This document shows positions 41,205 through 51,127 of a stretch of 64,000 bases of DNA, piece by piece. Positions within the stretch are counted from its first letter, which is position 1. Each line of letters opens with the position of its first letter. This stretch comes from an uncultured Rhodopirellula sp. (lineage in GTDB: Bacteria > Planctomycetota > Planctomycetia > Pirellulales > Pirellulaceae): NCBI GenBank assembly GCA_964007735.1, contig CAXGAI010000003.1, forward strand, positions 1 through 64,000, given 5' to 3'. Made by a program: the position numbers and the translations under genes. The notes below the pieces were generated by a model. That model was not told the origin of the DNA and did no database searches. It worked only from the letters and a program-made list of their open reading frames with translations.

Positions 41205-42062
41205 TTATATCTGAGTTTGAACGGGGGGGGCCAACCAACCTTCCATTAAGCCTATAAGAAGAGCCGCTCCGATGATATCCGCCGTCGTTCCGGGATTTCG
41301 ACGATGCTGATCGGCACGCAGCCAAAAGTCGAAATCTGCCAACGCTACAAGGTATTCATCCTCCCCGTTGGAAACTTGTTCAAGCACGAAGCCAGCCCGG
41401 GATGCTGATTCACGTGCCACCTCATCACCACACTTCCGCGCGATCAGGGTATCCGGATAAAGGCTCATCAGTTCCACATGGGTCCGCACAATCGCATCGA
41501 TCTGTGAAAGCCCCGCCTGCTGATTCTGGTACAGCTTTGGAGCTGCAACAGAAAGTATATCATCAAAGCCATTGACGTATTGAGCCGCGATGAAATCTCG
41601 TTCGCTGGCATGTTCCATGGCAGCGAGCAATGACTTGGGAGCACGCTCTGCCACGTCCATTTCAACAACGTCTCCCAAACCACCCGCTTTAGAACTGTTT
41701 ATTGCCAAATAGACGAGTTCAGCATCTTCAGGTTGCAGTTCCGTTAGCACGGCCCGAACCCCTTCTGAATCTGGAGTACCCGCCTTTGCCAAAGGAGCCA
41801 TTAAAAGAATCAGTCCCAGATTTGTATTGGTTGACACCACCGATCGCGTGGCTTCCACAGCCGCAAAGACTAACTGCCCCAGTGAAAGTACTTGATGTCG
41901 TTCAAAGACCGAACCAATGGCAACAGCACTTTGAATGAAATCATAAAATGTAAGATCCTCAAAGTCCGCTCCTCGATGAACATTTCCGGGCTTAGGGGCA
42001 GACACTTCTAGCATGCAAGCAAGTGTCACTTTTTGGCCCAATGTCAGATTGTCATAACTCAT
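41205..42062 (-). CDS. CitG-like triphosphoribosyl-dephospho-CoA synthase family (Orf7-type methanopterin-cluster protein)
   Basis: LEVSAPKPGNVH, NTNLGLILL, PDTLIARKCG, RNPGTTAD. Confidence 0.88.
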   Translation of the reverse strand: MSYDNLTLGQKVTLACMLEVSAPKPGNVHRGADFEDLTFYDFIQSAVAIGSVFERHQVLSLGQLVFAAVEATRSVVSTNTNLGLILLMAPLAKAGTPDSEGVRAVLTELQPEDAELVYLAINSSKAGGLGDVVEMDVAERAPKSLLAAMEHASERDFIAAQYVNGFDDILSVAAPKLYQNQQAGLSQIDAIVRTHVELMSLYPDTLIARKCGDEVARESASRAGFVLEQVSNGEDEYLVALADFDFWLRADQHRRNPGTTADIIGAALLIGLMEGWLAPPVQTQI

Positions 42063-42937
42063 GACAATTGCCTCAAAAAAGCCTGGACACCCCCAACAAC
42101 TTCATTCCGAGCATCTTCCATAACATAGTGGCCAGCATCTGGAATTTCCAAACTCCGGGCTTGCGGAAAGTGTTTTTTGAAAATCGCTAAACATTTGGCA
42201 TTAAAGCACCAGTCCTTCATTCCCCAAATAAACTGAACCGGTTTATCAGCTAACTTTGAAAGTCCCGCTTCTACGCCAAGTAGCGTCTGACGACTCGGAT
42301 GGCTTTTGGAGAAAGGGATATCCTTTACAAACCCATTAACTGCGACTCGATTGTGCCAGCTGTTATATGGAGCGAGCAGACCGGCACGTGCTATCTTTGA
42401 TAAACGATTACGATGCATTGCCATCGACACCGCAGGACCCGCAAACATATTCAGTGCGCGAATCGCGAAGGTGCCCAAAATGGGTGCACGCAGCGAATAA
42501 ATACGCCACGGGATATAGGGTGGTGGAAAAGCACCTGTATTAAGGATGGTTAAGCTTTTTACTCTTTCAACGATCTGTGCTGCGACTCCCAGGCCAATTG
42601 CTCCTCCCCAATCATGCACTACAAAATGAATCGATGACAAATCCAGTGTCTCAATCAGCGACAGCAAATTTTGAGTATGCTGTGCCAAACAGTATTCATA
42701 CTGTTGTGGCTTGTCGCTCAGGCCACAACCAATGTGGTCAACAGCAATCGCCCGATGACTGTCACCTAAAGCCTGAACTAGGTGTCGATAGTAAAACGAC
42801 CAAGTCGGATTACCATGAATCATCAGAACGGGCTCGCCAGACCCTTCACTGACAAAATGCATTCGACAACCGTCAGCCAATTGATGCCATTGAGACTCAA
42901 ACGGATATTCCTGCCTCCATATTTCTTGAATCAACAC
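42059..42937 (-). CDS. Alpha/beta hydrolase, OleB / haloalkane dehalogenase subfamily III-like
   Basis: HGNPTWSFYYR, DHIGCGLSDKP, VHDWGG (Asp nucleophile), WGMKDWCF, AGHYVMED. GTG start at 42937 with GGGGAG upstream. Confidence 0.85.
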   Translation of the reverse strand: MLIQEIWRQEYPFESQWHQLADGCRMHFVSEGSGEPVLMIHGNPTWSFYYRHLVQALGDSHRAIAVDHIGCGLSDKPQQYEYCLAQHTQNLLSLIETLDLSSIHFVVHDWGGAIGLGVAAQIVERVKSLTILNTGAFPPPYIPWRIYSLRAPILGTFAIRALNMFAGPAVSMAMHRNRLSKIARAGLLAPYNSWHNRVAVNGFVKDIPFSKSHPSRQTLLGVEAGLSKLADKPVQFIWGMKDWCFNAKCLAIFKKHFPQARSLEIPDAGHYVMEDARNEVVGGVQAFLRQLS

Positions 42938-42938
42938 A

Positions 42939-43745
42939 TTAACTCCCCACTTTTGATGCTGATTGGCGAGCATACCAACGTGTCAGGATTCTGGAAAGCG
43001 TTGAAGGGAGCAACCGATCGAAAGCAACCAAACACCGCCCTCCCCACGACAACAACACTTCACGCTTTCCTTTTTTAATTGCCTTAATAGCGAGCGTTGC
43101 CACTTTATCAGCAGTCATTCCTTTTGCCTGCTGGCTCGCTCCGGACAGCACCGCTGCAAAGAACTCACTTCGAGTCGTACTGGGACTGACCAAAACCACA
43201 TTAATCCCCTCCGCTGCCATCTCGATTCGCAATGCGTCTGAGAATCCATGCATTGCGAACTTACTGGCGCAATACTCGCTCTTCATAGGCATTGCCGTGT
43301 GACCTAATACCGATGCAATATTACACACAACCGGAACGTCGCTTTGCTTCAAAGCCGATAGAGATAAGCGGGTCAATTCGACCGCAGCAAAAAAGTTTAC
43401 TTCCATTACCTTTCGCAATGTTACCTCGTCCGATTTAGCGAAGGGGCCAATGCTTCCAATGCCAGCGTTGTTGACCAGCACATCTAACGTACCACCCCAG
43501 TTTTCGCTAATCCAATCGAACGCGGACTGACGATAGGCTTCTAACGTGATATCCCCTGCCAAATATGCCAGGGACCCTGCTGCCAACTGCAACTCATCCT
43601 GGAGTTCTTTCAATCGCTCTTCTCTGCGGGCAAGAGCAAGGACATGGTTGCCCGATCGGACTAGTTGCGTTGCCATTGCCCGGCCGATCCCACTCGAGGC
43701 TCCAGTAATCACAATGTTTTTCCCGTTTAGTTTCCGAAATCCCAT
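42939..43745 (-). CDS. Classical SDR oxidoreductase
   Basis: ITGASSGIG, ARR, VNNAG, EYCASKF (YxxxK intact). Start at ATG 43745. Confidence 0.9.
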   Translation of the reverse strand: MGFRKLNGKNIVITGASSGIGRAMATQLVRSGNHVLALARREERLKELQDELQLAAGSLAYLAGDITLEAYRQSAFDWISENWGGTLDVLVNNAGIGSIGPFAKSDEVTLRKVMEVNFFAAVELTRLSLSALKQSDVPVVCNIASVLGHTAMPMKSEYCASKFAMHGFSDALRIEMAAEGINVVLVSPSTTRSEFFAAVLSGASQQAKGMTADKVATLAIKAIKKGKREVLLSWGGRCLVAFDRLLPSTLSRILTRWYARQSASKVGS

Positions 43746-43755
43746 TCCGAGTTCC

Positions 43756-45084
43756 TTACTCCAATGGTGGAGCAACAGATTCAGGTACATGCACGAATTC
43801 CTCACGTGGTGTAACCGTAGCCTCGTGACGATCAATTTGACCGGCATATTTCTCCGGAAGGCGACAATGAATGACGACTTTGGTTTCAGAGAATCTGGTA
43901 GAGAGGATTTCCCCGCGGGCCGCAATAAAAGCCATTAGCCGGCCATTTCCCACCCCAGTTTCAACCATGAGATCCAAAAAAGATCGGCTTAAAGCATCGC
44001 TGACGGCCATCGCAAGACTCTGAAAACCTTTTCGTGTGATCGCACTGATAGAAACTGCATTAGGGTACCGATTGAGGATCAAATCAAGTTGGTGAGCGTC
44101 TTTTATCTGATCCACTTTATTAATTACCAAGAGGGTATCTTTCTCTTCGATCCCGATTTCTTCAAGGACTTCGTAGACTGAACGAACCTGCTGATAGACG
44201 GCTGGGTTGGAACCATCAGCAATGTGCAGCAGTAAATCGGCCTGATGAGCTTCCTCCAGTGTTGCCTTAAATGATGCTATTAAACGGTGAGGTAAATTCT
44301 TAATAAAACCGACAGTATCGCTCAAGAGCACAGGTCCCCAGTTAGGCAAATGCCAGCGGCGAGTACGAGTATCCAACGTAGCGAACAATTTGTCTTCTGC
44401 CAGGACCTTGGCATCGGTGAGAGAATTCATGAGCGTCGACTTACCCGCATTGGTATAACCGACGAGCGATACAGTCATGACGTCACTCCGTGATGCCACC
44501 AGCCGCTCTTTGCGTTTTTCAATGACCTTCAATTCCTTCCGAAGATCACTAATTCGCTTCTCGACCAATCTCCGGTCAACCTCCAACTGTTTCTCACCGG
44601 GGCCACGCATACCGACTCCCATTTTGACTCGGTCAAGGTGAGTCCACATTCGCTTTAGACGCGGTAAAGAATATTCCAACTGGGCTAGCTCAACCGCCAG
44701 TCTGGATTCGAGAGTTTGGGCATTCGAGGCAAAGATGTCCAAAATCAATTCGGTACGGTCAATCACTTTAGCTTTGACGGCTTTTTCCAGATTTCTGGTC
44801 TGCGCCGGGCTGAGGTCGTTATCAAAGATGACAACTTCAGCCTCATAATGCTCGACTATCGTAGCAAGTTCTTCGACTTTTCCTTTTCCAAAGGCCGTTG
44901 CGGCATGCATCGCCTGACGCCGTTGAACAATTCCGGATTTAACAACCGTACCGGCAGTCATTGCCAGACGCTCACACTCTTCCAGCGGGTCTTCATCCAC
45001 ATCGATGATTTCGTCATGAGTAATCACGCGCGCAAGCACTGACTTTTCTTTTGCCAAACTTTGCTTACGCTCAAGATCCTGCAC
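43756..45084 (-). CDS. hflX: GTPase HflX
   Basis: GKGKVEE, LSPAQTRNLE, GPGEKQLEVDRR, VGYTNAGKSTL, LFATLDT, DTVGFI, NKVD. Confidence 0.97.
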   Translation of the reverse strand: MQDLERKQSLAKEKSVLARVITHDEIIDVDEDPLEECERLAMTAGTVVKSGIVQRRQAMHAATAFGKGKVEELATIVEHYEAEVVIFDNDLSPAQTRNLEKAVKAKVIDRTELILDIFASNAQTLESRLAVELAQLEYSLPRLKRMWTHLDRVKMGVGMRGPGEKQLEVDRRLVEKRISDLRKELKVIEKRKERLVASRSDVMTVSLVGYTNAGKSTLMNSLTDAKVLAEDKLFATLDTRTRRWHLPNWGPVLLSDTVGFIKNLPHRLIASFKATLEEAHQADLLLHIADGSNPAVYQQVRSVYEVLEEIGIEEKDTLLVINKVDQIKDAHQLDLILNRYPNAVSISAITRKGFQSLAMAVSDALSRSFLDLMVETGVGNGRLMAFIAARGEILSTRFSETKVVIHCRLPEKYAGQIDRHEATVTPREEFVHVPESVAPPLE

Positions 45085-45184
45085 CGTGAAAGATAACTCC
45101 TAGTTGCCATTTATTTGAACACTACCGGTGATTATATCCCACGCTGGCAACGGAACCTATGAGGGCGGTAATCGGATTCACTAG

Positions 45185-45781
45185 TTATTCTTCAAACCGC
45201 AGCCAATCGGGAATGCTCTGGCGGAATTCGGCTTCAAACTCACGTTGCACCCCGATATCCTCCGACTTGTCCAACCTCAATACCGCTTTTTTCTCCTCAT
45301 CACACCAATCAATAAATTGTTGTTCAGCTAACGGGGCCAGACGGCTGTGTTGCTCGGCTTGGACGACATCGGCCCAAAAATAAGTTCTTTCCCCTGTTTC
45401 CACGCAAGCAAAGACTTGCCCTAAGAGATAGCTGTGACATTTTGTCAAAACAGGCGTGTCAGCAACTCCACCTTCCAGTTCGACATTCTCCAATTTGTCG
45501 CGTGCTCTCCCCGAGTCGCGACAAAAATTCCAGGCAACGTTGCATTGATCGGGCTCTAATAAGTGAACCGCCAATCGTCCGGAGTTACGGACTAATGCGG
45601 TCGTATGGTGATTTGGAGCCAAACCTGCCAGAATCACTGGCCTTTCCGGATCTAGGGACGCCTGCGATACCCAGGTTGCCAGCAGCCCTCCTCGGGAATC
45701 CCTATCGGACGATGTAACGACCCACAACTCTCTGTTTAAAATGCGAAAGATCTGTTCAGCTTTTCCTGCTGCAGATGTCAT
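45185..45781 (-). CDS. Flavin reductase-like (split-barrel) family protein
   Basis: LWVVTS, ATWVSQASLDP, HHTTALV, SGRARDKL, GERTYFWADVV. Confidence 0.8.
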   Translation of the reverse strand: MTSAAGKAEQIFRILNRELWVVTSSDRDSRGGLLATWVSQASLDPERPVILAGLAPNHHTTALVRNSGRLAVHLLEPDQCNVAWNFCRDSGRARDKLENVELEGGVADTPVLTKCHSYLLGQVFACVETGERTYFWADVVQAEQHSRLAPLAEQQFIDWCDEEKKAVLRLDKSEDIGVQREFEAEFRQSIPDWLRFEE

Positions 45782-46011
45782 CTACCGAACTCCGTGTTTT
45801 TAATCCACCATGAATACTCATACAATTTCCTCAACCCGACACAACCTCAGGCAAAGTGAAGGATTAGCCAGATAGAAGGCTCGCACAATTGCTCAGTTTA
45901 ACACCGCGAATTATACTAAGCTACTTGAACCCGATACTTTAAAAGACACCTTTGACTTAACGACCAACGAGTCAAAAGGATTTAATAACTCAAAGGAAAT
46001 AAGTGATGTAT

Positions 46012-46911
46012 ATGAAACCCACACGACGTGACTTCATGAAGTCGGCGACCGCTGCTGCAGTGGCCACAGCGACTATCCCAGCCATTGCGGGCGAAAAGAA
46101 AAAGCCTCTCTTTAAAATTTCATTGGCACAATGGTCTCTGCACCGCGCAATCTTTGGTGGCAAAATAAAAAATGAAGACTTTGCCAAAGTCACTAAGGAA
46201 GAATTCAACATTAGCTGTATTGAATACGTCAATCAGTTCTTCAAGGACAAGGCCGAAAATATGGACTACCTAAAAGACCTGAAGAAACGAGCCGATGATC
46301 TAAATGTAAAAACCAATCTGATCATGTGCGATGGTGAAGGTCGCTTAGGCGATCCGGACAACGCAAAACGCACACAAGCTGTTGAAAACCACTACAAATG
46401 GGTTCTCGCTTCTAAATTCCTAGGCGGCCACAGCATCCGAGTTAATGCTGCTTCTGGCGGTGAATACAACGAACAACTTGAATTGGCTGCCGATGGACTA
46501 AGCCGACTAAGTGAATTCGCTGCGAAACATAAGATGAATGTCATCGTGGAAAACCATGGTGGATTATCATCCAACGGCGAATGGCTAGCGGCAGTTATGA
46601 AAAAAGTCGGCATGAAAAACTGTGGTACCTTGCCAGACTTTGGTAACTTCCATGACTACGACCGCTATAAAGGTGTTGAAGAAACAATGCCATTTGCCAA
46701 GGCCGTAAGTGCAAAGAGTCACGACTTTGACGAAAATGGAAATGAGACCAAAACAGATTACACCAAAATGATGAAGATTGTTCTCAAACATGGTTACAAC
46801 GGCTTTGTCGGTATCGAATATGAAGGCCGTGAAAAACCAGAAATGGAAGGGATTAAACAAACCAAACAACTCCTTCTCAAAGTTCGCAAAGCATTGACCA
46901 AATCAGCCTAA
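46012..46911 (+). CDS. Tat-exported sugar phosphate isomerase/epimerase (xylose isomerase-like TIM barrel)
   Basis: PTRRDFMK leader, [34 protein letters not shown]. Confidence 0.9.
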   Translation: MKPTRRDFMKSATAAAVATATIPAIAGEKKKPLFKISLAQWSLHRAIFGGKIKNEDFAKVTKEEFNISCIEYVNQFFKDKAENMDYLKDLKKRADDLNVKTNLIMCDGEGRLGDPDNAKRTQAVENHYKWVLASKFLGGHSIRVNAASGGEYNEQLELAADGLSRLSEFAAKHKMNVIVENHGGLSSNGEWLAAVMKKVGMKNCGTLPDFGNFHDYDRYKGVEETMPFAKAVSAKSHDFDENGNETKTDYTKMMKIVLKHGYNGFVGIEYEGREKPEMEGIKQTKQLLLKVRKALTKSA

Positions 46912-46940
46912 AAAACAATGCTAAAACTAGGCCTCCCATC

Positions 46941-46977
46941 AAGCCCGTGGTTTCCAACAAAGCCACGGGCTTTTCTT
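46941..46977 (+). terminator. Rho-independent terminator
   Basis: AAGCCCGTGGTT...AGCCACGGGCTT stem followed by TTCTT, about 30 nt after the stop at 46911. Confidence 0.85.
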
Positions 46978-47325
46978 ATAGCCCAAAGAAGACATCGGTA
47001 ACAAAAGCATTTCGCTAGCATTTTACTAAACACCCTACAAAAACAAGACGATTACATCACACACCGAACAACCGGGACACTTAGTAAATGCGATAAACTC
47101 ACCTGCGCGCTTTTTAAGCAGCTCAGCCCGTCTCAAATGCCGGCTGACCTGCTCAAAAAAGAGACAGTCGGCTGACGTTAATCGTAAGTAACTGCAGTTA
47201 AAGGACTTATGCAACGCGGTTGACGCCGGATTAATCATTCCCATAGTCACATTCGGACAAACTCTCACAACCAGCTGAGGTTTGTTCCGGGCGAACAAGT
47301 GGTTATCAAAGCCCAGGGGGGTATC

Positions 47326-47880
47326 ATGTCTAAAGCAGCATTTAAAGACAAGCGACAAGTAAATCAGCCACTTAAACCGAGGCCTCGCTACTATAACGAG
47401 CCTCATCTACCACAGCAGCCGCTAAATCAATCCAGCCCTAATAGACCAGGGCTCGTAGACCACTCAGGGAACTGGTCTAACGAACCGGTAAAACCCAGTA
47501 AAATCACGCTTGATCAACGTCGTGAAGCCGTAACTCAAGCACTCCATCTCTCGCGTGCTGCAAGAGATTGGGAAGTATTTTTCAAGCAAGTAATGGGGGT
47601 GGATGGTTTAATCTACAAGCTATTCCCAACGGCCGAACTACGACGCCAATTTGAAACAACTGCGGAATATGTCGAAATACAACATATCCTGGCAGAAATG
47701 CGAAGTCGCCCTCAAAAACGGAACCTGCCTGATCGCGAAAAAACAAAAATGATCACCGTACGGCTTCCTGAAAGCCTTCATGCGGCTCTAATACAGGAAG
47801 CCGACGAGCTCAATACCAGCATGAATAAGCTCTGCATTTCAAAACTCCTGCAGATTATTGACAAAGAGTTGGTCAAGTAA
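47326..47880 (+). CDS. Protein with a C-terminal ribbon-helix-helix (HicB-antitoxin-like) DNA-binding domain
   Basis: MITVRLPESLHAALIQEADELNTSMNKLCISKL at the C-terminus; Pro/Gln-rich N-terminus. ATG 47326 follows AGGGGGG. Confidence 0.75.
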   Translation: MSKAAFKDKRQVNQPLKPRPRYYNEPHLPQQPLNQSSPNRPGLVDHSGNWSNEPVKPSKITLDQRREAVTQALHLSRAARDWEVFFKQVMGVDGLIYKLFPTAELRRQFETTAEYVEIQHILAEMRSRPQKRNLPDREKTKMITVRLPESLHAALIQEADELNTSMNKLCISKLLQIIDKELVK

Positions 47881-47889
47881 TGCGGTAAT

Positions 47890-49509
47890 CTAACGCACTA
47901 CCGGAACCTGATAACAAACGACTTCTTCGGAATTACGCAGAATCAACTTGTTGTCATAGAGTGTCATTGTTGCCCAGCAACGATCTTCCAGTGCCTGCAC
48001 CTGATATACCGTCTTGAAGCCATTTTGCTTTGGTCGAATGAAGTGCAATTCACCCTCTTCAGATTGAATCAGAATCAAATCACCCACCATCAATAACTGG
48101 CCATGATTAAAGCGGCCCTTCTTCCAGATCCTCTCGCCGGTGCTTAAGTTAGCACATTCTAAGATCCCGTCCGACAAACTATAGATTTTCCCGTCTATCA
48201 AAACGGCATTCGTATACTTTGTTCGAGCCACCGATGGATTACGCCAGATTTCAGATGTCTTTTCTCCATCTACCGCGAAAAGCAAAGAACCCTGACCGTA
48301 ACCTTTCGCAACAAAGACCTGATTCTCGCCTGCTAAGAACGGTTGCGAATTGTTTGCACTACTCGTACTGGAACCCTCCCAGGGTTGCTTCCAAATCTGC
48401 TTACCTGTATTTAGTTCATGACCTGCCACTGAACTTTCATTGACAACGACAACCTGTGGTTCCCGGTTTATCATTAACAACGTCGGAGAAGCAAAACTAA
48501 CCTGTTCAGCCCCGCCTTGCCAAACCAAGTCACCGTTCTTTCGATTGAAGGCGAGTAAGCTTACAAAGGGGCCACTTTGAGGTCCGCCAGCTGGCACAAT
48601 GACCAAATCACCAACCACCAGTGGCGAGGAACTACGCCCCCAGCTAACCACCGTCGAATCTTGCTCGGGTGACGAATTCACATAGGCCAATACATCTTGC
48701 TGCCAACGCAATTTTCCAGTCTTTCCGGCCAAGCACATTAATTTTCCATCCGGACCTAGCGTATAAACTTCTCCCTTAAAAACAGTAGGCGTTGCCCTTG
48801 GACCAACACCACCTAGCAGGGTCTCATGCCGGAACTCCCTGACATGCGCCCAGCGTATTTCACCTGAATCGAGATCATAACAACTGACAATTTCCTGCTT
48901 GCCTCGTTGCTCCATAGTCACGCCAAAGCCTGCCACCGAAGCAAATGCAGACCACCCAGCTCCGATCTCCCGCCGCCAGAGTTCCACTACATTGTCAGCA
49001 GATGGATCAGCTATCCAATCAGCCTCCACGTAGGGATGACGATCCTTTCCTAGAAACCCGGAGTAATCCAAACGATCGTTGACAGAATTTAAATCCACAT
49101 CGCCTGGCACAATTTCTCCGACAATCCCTAACAACTTCTCATCGGCAACGCCTTCCCAACGCCAGTTCCAGTCAAACAACAACTGGCCGGTAACCCCGTT
49201 GATACGAATCAAGGAAAAGCACAGAACCAAGCAGACAATCCCCCCCCACAGCACCAACCGTTTCAACCCCGATCCAGCAGGTCCTCTCCAGAAAAACCAA
49301 ATTCCATAAACTCCAAGGGACGCACCAACCGCTAGCATCGTCATTGCATTGGCGAATGCCTGATCAACGGGCGTTCCCTTCTGGAAGAGGAAAATCATAA
49401 AAACCGCCAAAGCAAAGACCAGCAAAGACCAACCTGGTAGGAACGTTTGGCTTTGCTTGCCAACTTCCTGTATATGATCAGTAGTCTGAGACTTGTCGGA
49501 ATCAACCAT
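47890..49509 (-). CDS. Membrane-anchored PQQ-binding-like beta-propeller protein
   Basis: Three N-terminal TM helices, YSGFLG..R, WRREIGAGWSAF, GPRATPT, SFASP, LILRNSEEVVCY. Confidence 0.88.
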   Translation of the reverse strand: MVDSDKSQTTDHIQEVGKQSQTFLPGWSLLVFALAVFMIFLFQKGTPVDQAFANAMTMLAVGASLGVYGIWFFWRGPAGSGLKRLVLWGGIVCLVLCFSLIRINGVTGQLLFDWNWRWEGVADEKLLGIVGEIVPGDVDLNSVNDRLDYSGFLGKDRHPYVEADWIADPSADNVVELWRREIGAGWSAFASVAGFGVTMEQRGKQEIVSCYDLDSGEIRWAHVREFRHETLLGGVGPRATPTVFKGEVYTLGPDGKLMCLAGKTGKLRWQQDVLAYVNSSPEQDSTVVSWGRSSSPLVVGDLVIVPAGGPQSGPFVSLLAFNRKNGDLVWQGGAEQVSFASPTLLMINREPQVVVVNESSVAGHELNTGKQIWKQPWEGSSTSSANNSQPFLAGENQVFVAKGYGQGSLLFAVDGEKTSEIWRNPSVARTKYTNAVLIDGKIYSLSDGILECANLSTGERIWKKGRFNHGQLLMVGDLILIQSEEGELHFIRPKQNGFKTVYQVQALEDRCWATMTLYDNKLILRNSEEVVCYQVPVVR

Positions 49510-49553
49510 GGAACCATCGCTTCCTAAAATTCATCATTAGAGCCATTGAAAAA

Positions 49554-49936
49554 GAGGAATGCGGTGGACCGTAAGCCGGGTTCTGTAATCACCGAAGTGA
49601 CGACGGTCATTCATCTAGGACGACAATTGCTTGCCGTCTCGAGCAGCCTACCCGGAAATCAAGGAGAGCGAGCGACTCCCCGATGGCGAACCATCTTCTT
49701 TCCTGCTTGGCTTTGCTTCCAATGGGGTTTACCAAGCCACGCCAGTCACCTGACATGCTGGTGAGCTCTTACCTCACCGTTTCACCCTTACCCGCTAAGC
49801 GGGCGGTCTACTTTCTGTTGCACTATCCCTGACCTTACGGCCGGTCGGTGTTACCGACCATTGTGCTCTACGAAGCCCGGACTTTCCTCTCGTTCGACAT
49901 GCGAACCAGCGACCATCCAGTCCACCTGCAATCCTC
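49554..49936 (-). ncRNA. rnpB: RNase P RNA (class A)
   Basis: Reverse complement contains GAGGAAAGTCCGGGCT, AGTGCAACAGAAAG, GGGTAAGGGTGAAACGGTGAGGTAAGAGCTCACC, GGTAAACCCC and ACAGAACCCGGCTTA. The ends pair (GAGGATTGCAGGTGGAC / GTCCACCGCATTCCTC). Boundaries are approximate. Confidence 0.97.
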
Positions 49937-50002
49937 ATTCTTTATTCTGAGACAATCCTGTCAAATGTGAAGAAGATAAATCTCAAAACCTCATGCCGCT
50001 CT

Positions 50003-51121
50003 TTAGTTACCGCTAAAGCGAGACAAGGCTTCACGATCAATTTGAATCCCTAGCCCGGGTCCATCCGGAATCGTTAAATATCCATCTTCATCCAGTGTAA
50101 ATTTATCAACCACTAAATCTTCGATGTAAGCAGCGGGGGTCAAATATTCAACATACCAGGCTACCGGCAGAGATGCCGCCAACTGTAAATCCGCAGCCAA
50201 ACCCACGGCTGTATTCCAACCATGACTGACAAAACGAACATTGTGATCATAGGCATGACTAGCAATACGACGAGCCTCGGTCAGCCCTCCACACTTTGTG
50301 GCATCAGGCTGAATGAAATCAACGGCATGACGTTCAATCCAAGGGATAAATGCCTGACGGCGCGTCAACACCTCACATCCCGCTACTGGTACCGGTGAAT
50401 GTTCACGTAATTTGATATAACCTTCAATATCATCCGGCGGAAGTGGCTCTTCAAACCATTCGACACCGTACTCGGCCAGCATATGCGCGGTATTGATAGC
50501 CCACTTATAGTCGTGCGGCCAAAACTGCTCACTACCTCCGGCATCCACTAGGAGTGTAATATCAGAACCGACGGTTTCACGAGCAGTACGTATAAGCTCT
50601 TCATCAAATGCTCGACTCACTCGACCAAATGGACGCCAACCAAGCTTAATCGCCTTAAAGCCACGAGCCACAGTCTCTTTTAGGCGTTGGGCCAGCACAT
50701 CTGGTTGATCAAACAGAATCGAACCATAAGGCTTGATTTTGTCCCGATAAACACCGCCAAATAATTTCTTAATCGGCTGGTTACAAATCTTTCCAAATAA
50801 GTCCCACAAAGCGATATCGATACCTGAAATCACATGTTCGACAGTACCTCCTCGCCCTTGCCAAAAACTACTTTGCCTCAGTAACTCACTGACACGCTCT
50901 GGCTGATCTGCGGGAGCACCATTCCAGAAAGGTTTTAAGAAATCAACGCCCGCCTGAGTCAGCGCAGACCCGGTAAAGACACTCCCAATTCCGGAAACCC
51001 CTTCATCCGTGTGCACCTCCACTAATGTATGTAGATCATCTTCCGGTTCGTGACCTTCAGGCCAACCCCCATCGACGGTGGCACCCAGTAATTTATGGCA
51101 TTCAATCGATGTAATCTTCAT
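50003..51121 (-). CDS. Mandelate racemase/muconate lactonizing enzyme family protein (putative acid-sugar dehydratase)
   Basis: VHTDEGVSGIG, SGIDIALWDLFGK, KAIKLG, VDAG, WFEEP, GCE, QPD, HGW, PGLGI. Confidence 0.92.
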   Translation of the reverse strand: MKITSIECHKLLGATVDGGWPEGHEPEDDLHTLVEVHTDEGVSGIGSVFTGSALTQAGVDFLKPFWNGAPADQPERVSELLRQSSFWQGRGGTVEHVISGIDIALWDLFGKICNQPIKKLFGGVYRDKIKPYGSILFDQPDVLAQRLKETVARGFKAIKLGWRPFGRVSRAFDEELIRTARETVGSDITLLVDAGGSEQFWPHDYKWAINTAHMLAEYGVEWFEEPLPPDDIEGYIKLREHSPVPVAGCEVLTRRQAFIPWIERHAVDFIQPDATKCGGLTEARRIASHAYDHNVRFVSHGWNTAVGLAADLQLAASLPVAWYVEYLTPAAYIEDLVVDKFTLDEDGYLTIPDGPGLGIQIDREALSRFSGN

Positions 51122-51127
51122 ATGTTT

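Noticed and set aside
43746..43925. Extended N-terminus of the SDR ORF in the track
   Set aside because: It overlaps hflX in another frame; the real start is most likely ATG 43745.
45949..45979. Inverted repeat TTTGACT/AGTCAAA upstream of the Tat isomerase gene
   Set aside because: Short (7 bp) single occurrence; insufficient to call an operator.
47035..47406. 123-aa minus-strand ORF as a possible toxin partner
   Set aside because: It overlaps the RHH gene antisense, shows no HicA-like motif, and has shadow-like composition.
49546..49764. 72-aa ORF in the track
   Set aside because: Antisense to the RNase P RNA gene.
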